DNA from: Candidatus Electrothrix sp. GW3-4
GTDB taxonomy: Bacteria; Desulfobacterota; Desulfobulbia; Desulfobulbales; Desulfobulbaceae
Direction: 5' to 3'
Assembly (NCBI RefSeq): GCF_037902255.1
Contig: NZ_CP147990.1
Coordinates: 420,001 to 452,000 of the forward strand
DNA: 32,000 nt
Made by a program: the position numbers and the translations under genes. Shown here piece by piece: positions 7,716-16,538 of the stretch; the stretch's first letter is position 1; every line of letters begins with the position of its first letter. The notes beneath the pieces were generated by a model. That model saw nothing but the letters and a program-made list of their open reading frames with translations. It did no database searches and was not told where the DNA came from.

Positions 7716-9131
7716 TTACGACACCTCTTCAGCTATCGCCGTTGCCAACTCCCGCTTCCACCCCAGCTTCTTCTCAATAGAAGCGATCATCATCCCGGCA
7801 ATATCCTTACCCGTTGCGTTTTCAATCCCTTCCAGACCAGGCGATGAGTTGACCTCCAGGAGCAACGGCCCGTTCTGGGAGCGGATGATGTCCACTCCAG
7901 CAAAGGTGAGGCCAAGCACCTTGGAGGCAGTGGTCGCCAGCCTGCGCTCCTCCGGTGTGATCTTGACCACACTGGCAGAACCACCCTGGTGAATATTGGC
8001 CCGGAACTCCCCAGGCGCGGCAGTGCGCTGGATAGAAGCAACCACCTTGCCATCAATAACAAAGCAGCGCAGATCCTTGCCACCTGCCTCTTTTATAAAT
8101 TCCTGGACCAGGAGGTTTGCCCGCAGGGCCTTAAAGGCATTAATCACACTCTCAGCCGCCTTCCTGGTCTCAGCCAGCACCACTCCCCGTCCCTGGGTTC
8201 CTTCCAGAAGCTTGACAATCAGCGGAGCTCCGCCAACCATCTCGATGAGATCCTTGGTATCCATGGGAGAATTGGCAAAGCCGGTGGTCGGAATGTCGAT
8301 CCCGCTTTTCAGCATCAGCTGAAGGGAAAAGAGCTTATCCCGGGACTGGGCAATGGAATCTGAGGAGTTGACCGTGTAGACCCGCATGCTCTCGAACTGG
8401 CGGGTCAGGGCGCAGCCGTAAAAGGTCATGTTGGGTTTGATCCTGGTGATGACCGCATCAAGGTCGTCCAGAGATTTGCCGCCCCGATAATGGACTTCCG
8501 GCTCCTTGGCATCAAGCTTCATATAGCATTGTTTGATGTCCAGGAATTCCATCTCATGGCCGCGTTCTTCCCCTGCCTCCAGGATGCGTTGGTTGCTATA
8601 CAGATCAATATTACTGGCCACCAAGGCGATTTTCAGACCACTTTTCTTGGGTTCTGCTTTCTCGTAGAAGGCGAGGACGCGTTTGGGTGAGATCCTCCCC
8701 AGGCAGAAGCGTTGCGATGGGTCGATGATAAGGCGTTTGCCCATCGCCTCCCGCCCCAACAGCATGCGATAGCCCATAGAGTCCCGGTTGGCCAGGGTCA
8801 GCTCAATCTCCCATTCCTCTTCACCCAACTTCAAGGTAGCAGAGACGACATAGCGTGTTTCCGAGAGTCCACTGGAGCTTTTGACTGAGCGGCGATCGGC
8901 CACCGGCTTTTCACATCGAATAACAATGCGGCGGTTATTCTGGATGGGATGGACTTCAAAGCTCACCCAGGACAGGCCATGTCTTCTGAAGGGTTGGATG
9001 TTAAAGGCATGGATAGAAGAGGTCTTTGCCCCTGAATCAATGCGTGCTTTGAGCGCAGGGATCATCATATCTGGGAAGGAGCACCATTCTTCACTGCCGA
9101 TTATTGTCTTAGACTGGTCAAGAGATGCCAA
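7716..9131 (-). CDS. rimK: Fusion of a RimB-like/ATP-dependent zinc protease (DUF785-type) N-domain to a RimK ATP-grasp alpha-L-glutamate ligase
   Basis: 471 aa. N-terminal about 150 aa ([31 protein letters not shown]...) resembles the retropepsin-like RimB/Zn_protease domain. The rest is RimK-like (LKIALVAS..., [62 protein letters not shown]). TTG start with AAGGAG 6 nt upstream. Confidence 0.85.
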   Translation of the reverse strand: MASLDQSKTIIGSEEWCSFPDMMIPALKARIDSGAKTSSIHAFNIQPFRRHGLSWVSFEVHPIQNNRRIVIRCEKPVADRRSVKSSSGLSETRYVVSATLKLGEEEWEIELTLANRDSMGYRMLLGREAMGKRLIIDPSQRFCLGRISPKRVLAFYEKAEPKKSGLKIALVASNIDLYSNQRILEAGEERGHEMEFLDIKQCYMKLDAKEPEVHYRGGKSLDDLDAVITRIKPNMTFYGCALTRQFESMRVYTVNSSDSIAQSRDKLFSLQLMLKSGIDIPTTGFANSPMDTKDLIEMVGGAPLIVKLLEGTQGRGVVLAETRKAAESVINAFKALRANLLVQEFIKEAGGKDLRCFVIDGKVVASIQRTAAPGEFRANIHQGGSASVVKITPEERRLATTASKVLGLTFAGVDIIRSQNGPLLLEVNSSPGLEGIENATGKDIAGMMIASIEKKLGWKRELATAIAEEVS

Positions 9132-9266
9132 TGTTTTCTCCTTTTGCTCTCAAATATTCTCAAATATGCAGAGTAGGGTATATCGTTTTCGTGCTGCGAA
9201 GGCGGCAACGGTTTGTGCTGTAAGGTCTTCTGGAAGATCCCCTCTGTTGAGGGGGGATGTCCTTGC

Positions 9267-10565
9267 TCAGTCTTTTCCAGAGAGTCCTCCAGGCCGCATT
9301 AGCTTCCGAACATTGAGTTCTGTGAAGGAGATCAGGCCATGGGGGCGAAAGATCATGATCAGGATGAGGATCAGGGGGATGATGATCCACTTGAAGAGCT
9401 CCAGAGGACGGAGGGCCTCACTGAGTACGTTGATGCTCACAGCCCCGACAATAGAACCAACAATGGAGTTGAGTCCACCGAAATAGACCATGGCCAGAAT
9501 CTCTGCCAGCTTCTGGATACCAAAGGTGCCTGGATTGATGTAGCGGAGCACATGGGCAAACAGGCCACCTGCCACCCCGGCCCAGAAGGCCCCAAACATA
9601 AAGGCGGTCATCTTGGTCTTGCGGGTATTAACAGTCATGGAGTCGGCAGCAGCCTCGTTATCGCGCACCGCATTAAGGGCCTTGCCCATGATGGAGGTGG
9701 TGAAGTTATGGATGATCCAGATACAGAGGACGGTCCAAACAAAAACCATTGGTAAGGAGGAATAGTTTGGCTGGCTACTCATACCCCGTGGGCCGCCAAT
9801 GATCTCCAGGTTCTCAATAGCACTCTTGACGATGAACATGAAGGCCAGGGAGATAATGGCCAGGTAATCGCCCCGGGTGCGAAACGAGGGGATAGCAACA
9901 ATCAGCGATCCCAGGGCAGCGGCTGCTCCTCCGGCAATAAGGATCAGGGGAAAAAGCCAAGGGCCAAGGGCCGGGTTGAGCAGGGCAGGGCCAAAGAGCT
10001 TGTCGTCGGCAAAAAGCCACAGGGTCAGGGTAGAGGAGGCATAGGCCCCCAGGGCCATGAAGCCGGGATGGGAACAGGAAAACTCGCCCTGATAGCCGTT
10101 AATAATATTGAGGCTGATAGTGAGGATGATAGCGATCATGGTGAGCTTGACCACCAGCACCCGGTAATCATTAATACCTGCCCAGAGGTGGAGGATGCCG
10201 TAAAAGGCGGCCAGATGAAGCAGGGTGGCTGCCCAAACAGGGAGCCGGTCAAGCAGCTCTGCAAACCAGTTGGTCAGAGGGGCTGTCAGGCGGCCAACCA
10301 AGAGGATGGGAAGAATATAAATGAGTAGATCATACCCCAGCACTGAAGGGATCAGCGCGGGATCCTTTAATATAACCAGGGTGCCGAACATGACAGGTAT
10401 CTTGGGAAGATAGAGCTGGTAAGAAATTGTATCGCCAAAATAATATTCCAGTAAGGCTGCCACCAGCGCGCCGAGGAGCCAGCCAGCCAGAGGGATGACA
10501 GAGAATGTTCTGAGAAGGTTGCGGTTTTTTTGCACTAGCCCGTTTATTTTAGGAATTTTTTTCAT
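9267..10565 (-). CDS. livM: Branched-chain amino-acid ABC transporter permease LivM (no livH/G/F/K in the window)
   Basis: 432 aa and polytopic. LivM-type motifs HPGFMALGAYASS, SFRTRGDYLAIISLAF and GGPRGM. Long N-terminal extension as in E. coli LivM. Confidence 0.85.
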   Translation of the reverse strand: MKKIPKINGLVQKNRNLLRTFSVIPLAGWLLGALVAALLEYYFGDTISYQLYLPKIPVMFGTLVILKDPALIPSVLGYDLLIYILPILLVGRLTAPLTNWFAELLDRLPVWAATLLHLAAFYGILHLWAGINDYRVLVVKLTMIAIILTISLNIINGYQGEFSCSHPGFMALGAYASSTLTLWLFADDKLFGPALLNPALGPWLFPLILIAGGAAAALGSLIVAIPSFRTRGDYLAIISLAFMFIVKSAIENLEIIGGPRGMSSQPNYSSLPMVFVWTVLCIWIIHNFTTSIMGKALNAVRDNEAAADSMTVNTRKTKMTAFMFGAFWAGVAGGLFAHVLRYINPGTFGIQKLAEILAMVYFGGLNSIVGSIVGAVSINVLSEALRPLELFKWIIIPLILILIMIFRPHGLISFTELNVRKLMRPGGLSGKD

Positions 10566-10574
10566 CGCGCAATA

Positions 10575-11519
10575 TCACCCCATGTCGGTTGTTGCCATTT
10601 TGTGGAGGCATTTCCTGATTACAGGGGCGAGCAGGTCTCTTGCAACCGTTGCTTTCTCTTCAATGTCATCCACTCTTGGCCCATCATGAAATATCTCGTT
10701 TCTGATACCGTAGACGCAAAGAACGGCTTTTTTCAATACCAGCAAGTAATCAGGATTTGGTGATTTTGCATCTGTTTTTAAATTTTCTGAAAAGGCATCG
10801 CCGTAGTCAGAAACGATATTGAAGGATATCAAGCTATCAATAGTGCTTTTCTGGTCAGCTTGATGTAGTAAATTCCGCGCCTCATCTGTGGTGATAAGTC
10901 CTCCTACTGATATTTTTATCTTTTCTTTTTCGTTCTTCCCTGATTTCCTTCTAAAATGTGCATAAACAGTGAAAAGCGAATTAAACGCCGACCAAAGTAT
11001 TCTGAATTTTTCAACATCCCCTGATGTTGATTCGCAGAATTCCAACCATTTTGAAATTCTCAGCACTGCATCATCTTTTGTTTCAAGGTGTGTTCTTTTA
11101 TTGTAAAAGGTTAATGCTTCTTGTATCTTGTTTCCTGTATCAATAGATTGATGAACGCCCCTGAAAACTGCTAAAATATTTCTTCTTAATCTCTCTCCAG
11201 CTTGTTTCAGTTCTTCACGGTTTCGCAAAAAAGGCTTTTTTACGATCACGATGTTTATCGGTTGAAAATACTCCTGATAGATCATCCTGATGAGCAGCAG
11301 GTCTTTTATTTTTTCAATATGCTGATTACAAATCGTTTCTTCTGCGTATTCAGAATCGTTCTGTCGCGTTGGATGTTTCTCTGTGTAGGATTCAGTTGAA
11401 AAATGTACGGTCACGCAGGTTCGATTCTTCTCATCAAGAGAAAAATGGTAGTCGCCTATTGTTTCCGGCTCGCTTACCCCCGGAGAGATTTGAAATGTTA
11501 CTTCCCATTTACAACGCAT
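10575..11519 (-). CDS. Uncharacterised protein with a C-terminal HEPN-like Rx4H motif (putative RNase/toxin)
   Basis: 314 aa, visibly AT-rich coding sequence. GAGGG sits 7 nt before the ATG. RNEIFH (aa 273-278, nt 10686-10703) lies in a helical C-terminal half containing FRILWSAFNSLF. No motif recognised in the N-terminal half (about aa 1-165). Confidence 0.55.
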   Translation of the reverse strand: MRCKWEVTFQISPGVSEPETIGDYHFSLDEKNRTCVTVHFSTESYTEKHPTRQNDSEYAEETICNQHIEKIKDLLLIRMIYQEYFQPINIVIVKKPFLRNREELKQAGERLRRNILAVFRGVHQSIDTGNKIQEALTFYNKRTHLETKDDAVLRISKWLEFCESTSGDVEKFRILWSAFNSLFTVYAHFRRKSGKNEKEKIKISVGGLITTDEARNLLHQADQKSTIDSLISFNIVSDYGDAFSENLKTDAKSPNPDYLLVLKKAVLCVYGIRNEIFHDGPRVDDIEEKATVARDLLAPVIRKCLHKMATTDMG

Positions 11520-11552
11520 GATGGGCCCTCTTTTTTGAAATAGCTGTTCAGA

Positions 11553-11561
11553 ATTATAGCA
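11553..11561 (-). promoter_or_regulatory. Extended -10 element TGCTATAAT upstream of the HEPN-motif gene
   Basis: Minus strand reads TGCTATAAT about 33 nt upstream of the ATG at 11519. No good -35. Motif match only. Confidence 0.35.
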
Positions 11562-11662
11562 ATATTTTTGATGGGTTCAGTTTTTTTCACAGAGAAACGT
11601 TGCTCTTTTATTTTTTACGAACAGAGAATGGTATCTCTGTTGCATGATGGGGAAGGATGAGC

Positions 11663-12040
11663 TCAATACAGTGATAATGAAATGTGTTGACTCATAAGTT
11701 TGAAATGTTTGTCATGGGTGTACAGATCCAGATTGTTGAGTATGGCATTCTGGGCGATGATGAGATCGGGAATGCCTACTTTATTGATCCCTTTGCGGAT
11801 GCATTTGGTCTGCATGTCGATAATATCCTCCCAATCAATATTGGCAGGAATTCTGGAGAGTGCTTTTAGCAAAGAGATTACTCGACGTTGTTTCCTGACA
11901 TTGAGGGGCGGGATCAGCTCTGCAAGGATCAAGTCATTGGTAACAATAAGCCCTTCATCAATTAAGTAATCCAGTCTATTGGTATGGTCTGATCCACGGA
12001 AATAATCAATCCATACCGAGCTGTCAACCAGAACGCTCAT
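11663..12040 (-). CDS. vapC: PIN-domain toxin VapC
   Basis: 125 aa. MSVLVDSSVWIDYF start. Acidic PIN residues in VDSS, LAEL, IPDLII and THDKHF. ATGA overlap with the upstream antitoxin. Confidence 0.9.
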   Translation of the reverse strand: MSVLVDSSVWIDYFRGSDHTNRLDYLIDEGLIVTNDLILAELIPPLNVRKQRRVISLLKALSRIPANIDWEDIIDMQTKCIRKGINKVGIPDLIIAQNAILNNLDLYTHDKHFKLMSQHISLSLY

Positions 12041-12231
12041 TTGCGATCCCTTAAAATATCAAGATCTGTATCCAGGTCGATTCTGCCTTTGTATTTTTTT
12101 ATTTCAGCAATCTTGTTTTTTCGGACAAGTTCTTCTAATGCACGGATAATCAGAGCAGTTTTTGTTTTGATACTGGTTAGCTGCATTGCTTCAGTAATAA
12201 GACTTTCAGGGATATCCAATGTTGTTCTCAT
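12037..12231 (-). CDS. vapB: VapB-family antitoxin
   Basis: 64 aa. MRTTLDIPESLITEAMQLT... is a typical VapB/DUF2191-like N-terminus. Overlaps vapC by 4 nt. Confidence 0.8.
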   Translation of the reverse strand: MRTTLDIPESLITEAMQLTSIKTKTALIIRALEELVRKNKIAEIKKYKGRIDLDTDLDILRDRK

Positions 12232-12242
12232 AGGTAACCTCC

Positions 12243-12273
12243 ATATGCATAAATAATAATGTCTATATGCATA
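12243..12273. promoter_or_regulatory. Two TATGCATA palindromes upstream of vapB (candidate operator)
   Basis: TATGCATA occurs at 12244-12251 and 12266-12273, 22 bp centre to centre. The proximal copy abuts the GGAGG SD of vapB. Confidence 0.4.
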
Positions 12274-12312
12274 GCTGTCGAGTAGTATTTTTTAGTATCT
12301 CCTCGGCATCCT

Positions 12313-13773
12313 TCAACTGGCCTTGACCTGCTGCCTTGCCGCATCGAATTTCTGGAGCGCCTTTTCCGAGGGCATCTCGGTGAGCGCACTGATGAGGATA
12401 ATGGTTAGGAAGGCAACGATAAAGCCGGGCAACAGCTCGTAGAGATACTCCTCTTCCAGACTGATATAGTTCTTCACGATATAAATCGTGGCTGCACCGG
12501 CGAGCATTCCGGCCAGGGCCCCGTACTTGGTGGTTTTTCTCCATGTTAAGGAGAGGATAACCACCGGGCCAAAGGCAGCGCCGAACCCTCCCCATGCATA
12601 GCCGACCATCATCAGGATGGTGTCATTACTGGCTGAGGCTAATAAAAAGGCAAGCAGGGCAAATCCGACCACCCCGGCTCTACTTATCCAGGCCCGTTGT
12701 TTGCTGGTGAAGCGTTTAAACAGAGGGAGATCTTCGCTTAAGGCCGAGCTCAGCACCAGAAGCTGGGAATCAGCAGTGGACATCACCGCAGCCAGGACTG
12801 CGGCCAGGACAAAACCCGCAACAAGAGGATGGAACAGGGCGCTGACCAGGGCAAGAAAGATAAGCTCACTATTGCCGCCCAGGCTGGAAACGCCCTCCAG
12901 TGGCGTGATGGCGTTATATCCGATACCGAGCAGGCCGATTTCAACAGCAAGAACAAGGCAGAGGATCATCCAGCACATTCCGATCCGACGGGCAGAGGCG
13001 ACCTCTTGCACTCCTCTGATGCCGATAAACCGGGCCAGGATATGCGGTTGCCCGAAATAGCCCAGACCCCAGGCCATGAGCGAGGCCCCGGTGAGCCACG
13101 AGGTCTTAATCTGAAAGGCCTCAGGTCGTGCGGCGCTAAGGTCAATGCCGGAACCGGAGATGGCAAAGAGGGCCAGCAGAGAGCAGGCAACCAGGGCTGC
13201 GAGCATGAGTAGGCCTTGGATCAGGTCTGTCCAGCAGACCGCCAGATAGCCGCCGAGAAAGGTATAGGAGACAACAACCAGCGTGGTGACAAGGAGGGCG
13301 GTTTGTTCACTGGCGTCAAAGCTATAGGCAAAGAGCAGGGTGCCGCCCTTGAGTCCTGAGGCAACATAGAGGGTGAAAAAGATCAGGATGACCACAGTGG
13401 AAACGGTTTTGAGGAGACCTGAGGCATCATCAAAGCGATGGGACAGATAGGTAGGCAGGGTAAGGGCATGAAACTGTTCGCTGCTGGCCCGCAGCCGTGG
13501 GGCAACAATGCGCCAATTGGCGTAGGCTCCCAGGATGAGGCCGAGGGATATCCAGACGCCTTCAACCAGACCGCTGGCAAAGACTGCACCGGGCAGTCCC
13601 AGCAGCAGCCAGCTGCTCATGTCCGAGGCTCCGGCACTGATGGCCGTTGTGATCGGTCCCAGGGTACGACCACCGATGATAAAGTCCTCATTATTTGTGG
13701 TTCGGCGCATGGTGTAAGCGCCTATGCCCAACATAAGCAAAAGGTAGATGCCGAATTGTATGATAAGTATCAT
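12313..13773 (-). CDS. putP: Sodium:solute symporter family protein, PutP-like (sodium/proline)
   Basis: Probable start is the ATG at 13773 (MILIIQFGIYLLLMLGIGAYTMRRTTNNEDFIIGGRTLGP matches SSF/PutP N-termini). 486 aa, polytopic. The longer track ORF to 14022 adds a Pro-rich artefact from a C/T tract. Confidence 0.8.
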   Translation of the reverse strand: MILIIQFGIYLLLMLGIGAYTMRRTTNNEDFIIGGRTLGPITTAISAGASDMSSWLLLGLPGAVFASGLVEGVWISLGLILGAYANWRIVAPRLRASSEQFHALTLPTYLSHRFDDASGLLKTVSTVVILIFFTLYVASGLKGGTLLFAYSFDASEQTALLVTTLVVVSYTFLGGYLAVCWTDLIQGLLMLAALVACSLLALFAISGSGIDLSAARPEAFQIKTSWLTGASLMAWGLGYFGQPHILARFIGIRGVQEVASARRIGMCWMILCLVLAVEIGLLGIGYNAITPLEGVSSLGGNSELIFLALVSALFHPLVAGFVLAAVLAAVMSTADSQLLVLSSALSEDLPLFKRFTSKQRAWISRAGVVGFALLAFLLASASNDTILMMVGYAWGGFGAAFGPVVILSLTWRKTTKYGALAGMLAGAATIYIVKNYISLEEEYLYELLPGFIVAFLTIILISALTEMPSEKALQKFDAARQQVKAS

Positions 13774-13956
13774 GAGAGGTTGTTCTGCTTCAGGATTTCT
13801 TATGTCTGCTGCCCATTCTGCAGCTGTTATTTCTCCTTGCCATCCTATCGCATGAAGTCGAAAATGCAAGAGAATACAGGTGTACATGATAATACGTGAA
13901 AATGATGCGGAGCGTATTTCCTGCGGTATCACAAGGCCTTCTTCTACCGCGTAGTC

Positions 13957-14007
13957 AGGTGGGAAGGGGGGAAGAGGAAGAGGGGGAGGCAGGGCCCGAG
14001 GGCAGGG
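13957..14007 (+). repeat. Polypurine G-run tract (six G3-G6 runs), about 185-235 nt upstream of putP
   Basis: AGGTGGGAAGGGGGGAAGAGGAAGAGGGGGAGGCAGGGCCCGAGGGCAGGG, read directly. It is C/T-rich on the putP coding strand. Confidence 0.7.
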
Positions 14008-14155
14008 AAAAAAACGGGCCACGCGCTGAGATATACCTGGTAAACTGTCAGCTCAATTCTGTACTGCCAGCACAATAGAAAAGGTTCCCCTGTTGATTCT
14101 GGCAAGGTCTTGACGGCTGACTAAGGAGCTAGAAAAAATAGAGTTACCTTACCAG

Positions 14156-14773
14156 CTAAGGACGATCCAGCAATCTTCTGAGCTTGTCTCTGTCAAAATT
14201 AAGATGCCTGTTACACACCAAATCATCATCAAATTCAAAGATGTTCTGCTGGGTAATTTCATCTCGCAGCACCGCAGGGATGATGGCATGAGTTAATAAT
14301 TCTGTTTGTAGATTTTCGTAGTGTTTTGGTTTCATCCCGATAAATATAACCGCAATGCCTGTGTTAAAGGTCCTTGCTATTACACCGACAGCAAGGATAG
14401 AGTGCTTTAAATATTTGGTTGACTCTTTCAGATCGATTTTGTAGATGTTGTTTTTCGGTTGTTTGAACACACCATTAACAAAAAAGCCGCCCAGGGAGAT
14501 GTTGTTCAGAACACCTTGATACTGGGCTGATGAGAATTTAAGGTGTACTGGCCGTTGAACTTTTATTCGGGAAAATTTACGTTGGTTTCTATCAGTCAGA
14601 TATGACTTCTCTAGGTCTTCAATCTCCTGATGTAATGTGTCTAAATAGGAAGAATTTGTTTTTTGCAGAGCTGGGGGGATGTTTTTATAATTATCTCGTA
14701 CCCGTTCTGCATAATCGATCTTAGCTTTTAACACATTAATACGATCCTGTTTCGTTCTTTCATCGTTCATCAT
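14156..14773 (-). CDS. PilZ-domain protein with an N-terminal coiled-coil
   Basis: 205 aa, AT-rich. PilZ signature RKFSR (RxxxR) followed by NISLGG (D/NxSxxG). Confidence 0.7.
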   Translation of the reverse strand: MMNDERTKQDRINVLKAKIDYAERVRDNYKNIPPALQKTNSSYLDTLHQEIEDLEKSYLTDRNQRKFSRIKVQRPVHLKFSSAQYQGVLNNISLGGFFVNGVFKQPKNNIYKIDLKESTKYLKHSILAVGVIARTFNTGIAVIFIGMKPKHYENLQTELLTHAIIPAVLRDEITQQNIFEFDDDLVCNRHLNFDRDKLRRLLDRP

Positions 14774-14931
14774 ATTTTTTTGTAATAATTAATAGCTCAT
14801 GGGATTATTCTTAAGAGAGTCTCACGCAGTGAAACTGTCCTATTGGATATAAAAAATTGTACCGTATAAAAGAATATACAAAAAGATAAGGAGAAAGTCA
14901 AAGGGGCCAAAAGCCGCGGCGCGATCGATGG

Positions 14932-15384
14932 TTAAGGGCGTTCTTGACGAGTGTTCTTGGCTGCCATACGCCGGTGGTGATTCTGTGAATCGATCGCATC
15001 AAGGATAGCGTGCGGTGGGTAATTCTCGATCGTAAGGGCTTCATTGGGTCCGCCAGTGAGGACGAAGTCGCCTTTCTCGAGTCGGTAGTTCATTGGCCAG
15101 GAGACCCGGGATCCCTCTGATGTACGTCGGATATCGTAGGACTGAACCTCCCCTTGCCACATCAAGCAAAGAGCACAGCGCTCCTCTCGGTCTAGAATCC
15201 AGGCGTCTCCGGCCTGGGTAGAGAAGAAGACCAGGTGACTAATTGTGACAACGGTCGCGTAGTTTTGTTGAGCCCGGCCGATGATGTATTCGGTTTCTCG
15301 ACGCAGATCTAGATCGACTTGTGACACGAGCGAAAAGGGTTGCGTAGAGACCGGTCGAGTGTGCTTGCTTACAGGTCTTTTCAT
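14932..15384 (-). CDS. Hypothetical protein
   Basis: Open frame of 177 aa from TTG at 15465. The more likely start is the ATG at 15384 (GGAG 12 nt upstream), giving 150 aa (MKRPVSKHTRPV...). No motif recognised. CG-dinucleotide-rich codons differ from neighbouring genes. Confidence 0.45.
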   Translation of the reverse strand: MKRPVSKHTRPVSTQPFSLVSQVDLDLRRETEYIIGRAQQNYATVVTISHLVFFSTQAGDAWILDREERCALCLMWQGEVQSYDIRRTSEGSRVSWPMNYRLEKGDFVLTGGPNEALTIENYPPHAILDAIDSQNHHRRMAAKNTRQERP

Positions 15385-15480
15385 AGATTGCACGGACTCC
15401 AATTGAACGTGGATGGATAGTTCCTTCGGTTTGATTCCCCTCGGGAGCCTAATTAAACGGGGCAAACATGGAAAGCAGAG

Positions 15481-15639
15481 TCATCATTCTGTTTGTGAAT
15501 CAACATGTAACCAACCAGCTAATGCGAAAAAAAAGATGAGTATTGCCACGAAACCAACCCAATTGGTTCTCTTCGATGGTTTCTCAATTTTCCCGGCTTT
15601 GATCTGTTTCCTGATGAGTTTTCTCCGCAGTTTTTTCAT
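15481..15639 (-). CDS. Possible 52-aa single-TM protein coupled to the AEC transporter (below the track cutoff)
   Basis: ATGA start/stop overlap with the upstream gene (15639-15636). Product MKKLRRKLIRKQIKAGKIEKPSKRTNWVGFVAILIFFFALAGWLHVDSQTE has a basic N-terminus and one hydrophobic helix. Confidence 0.4.
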
Positions 15640-16538
15640 ATCAGCAATTGGTAGAGCAGCGGCAGGGTGGCAAAACTGAGAAGAATCCCTATACCGACCA
15701 GCGCAGCCGTCAGGGCCGGTGACAGGTTGGCAAGAATAGCTAGAGCCCCGGCAGAGACCATCGGTGGCATCCCGGCCTCAAAGATGGACACCTGCACGGC
15801 TTCCCCTTTTAAGCCAAATATTTTGCAGAGGAATACGGCGACTAAGGGTGCGATAATGAGTTTTATTCCAAGCCCTATGCTCAGCTGAGAAACAACGTCC
15901 TTGCTCAATTTCAGGGTGAGCTGAAAGCCCACAGCAACCATGACCAGTGGGATCAGGGTGGCAGACATTGTTTTGAGCAAATTGGTCATTGTATCAGGAT
16001 AGGGAAAGGACTTACAAGCAACGGACAGGATCAAGGCGATAAAAGGGGGAAAGGTAATAATTTTTTTTATCGCAGTCTGGATGCTGGGTTTGTCCCCACC
16101 AGAGCCATAAATGGCAAGGATGAATGAGCCATAGGTAGCCAGGGCCAGGAAAGAACCTAATTGGTCATAGATTAAGGCGTAGGGGATGGCACCTTCGCCA
16201 AAAAAGGCCTTGACCATAGGGATACCCAGGAAGGAGGTGTTGCCCAGGGGGATGATCAGGAGGAGGCAGCCTGTTGTTGATCGATCCCAGTGGAACAGCT
16301 TGGATAAAATGAGGATCAGGACGGCGGAAAAGAGGAGCATGGTCCAAGGCATGATCGCTGGAACCAGGAGTTCCTGTGAGAAAGTCAGCTCCGGGATCTT
16401 GAGCAGCACCAGGGCTGGGAGGGATATGTAGATAACAAAGAGGTTGAGGACATTCCCCGTCGCATCGGGGAAGTTGGGGAGGCGTTTGATAAGCATCCCG
16501 ATGAGGAGGAAGGTTATGGTGATGATGAAATTATCCAT
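15636..16538 (-). CDS. AEC (auxin efflux carrier) family transporter
   Basis: Likely start is the ATG at 16538 (MDNFIITITFLLIGMLIKRLP...), overlapping the upstream GATase stop by 8 nt. About 300 aa, polytopic, with typical AEC/MdcF-like sequence. Confidence 0.8.
   Translation of the reverse strand: MDNFIITITFLLIGMLIKRLPNFPDATGNVLNLFVIYISLPALVLLKIPELTFSQELLVPAIMPWTMLLFSAVLILILSKLFHWDRSTTGCLLLIIPLGNTSFLGIPMVKAFFGEGAIPYALIYDQLGSFLALATYGSFILAIYGSGGDKPSIQTAIKKIITFPPFIALILSVACKSFPYPDTMTNLLKTMSATLIPLVMVAVGFQLTLKLSKDVVSQLSIGLGIKLIIAPLVAVFLCKIFGLKGEAVQVSIFEAGMPPMVSAGALAILANLSPALTAALVGIGILLSFATLPLLYQLLI

Noticed and set aside
9239-9254. GC hairpin CCCCTC-TGTT-GAGGGG after livM as a terminator
   Set aside because: There is no U-tail on the minus-strand transcript. 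The stem is only 6 bp and its function is undetermined.
11623-11642. Hairpin ACAGAGA-ATGGTA-TCTCTGT downstream of vapC as a terminator
   Set aside because: On the vapC transcript the stem is followed by an A-run, not a U-run. On the plus strand the T-run precedes the stem. So it is not a canonical intrinsic terminator on either strand.
13774-14022. 83-aa N-terminal extension of the putP ORF (MARFFPCPRALPPPLPLPPFPP...)
   Set aside because: The Pro-rich sequence is produced by the C/T tract. SSF-family homology begins at the ATG at 13773.
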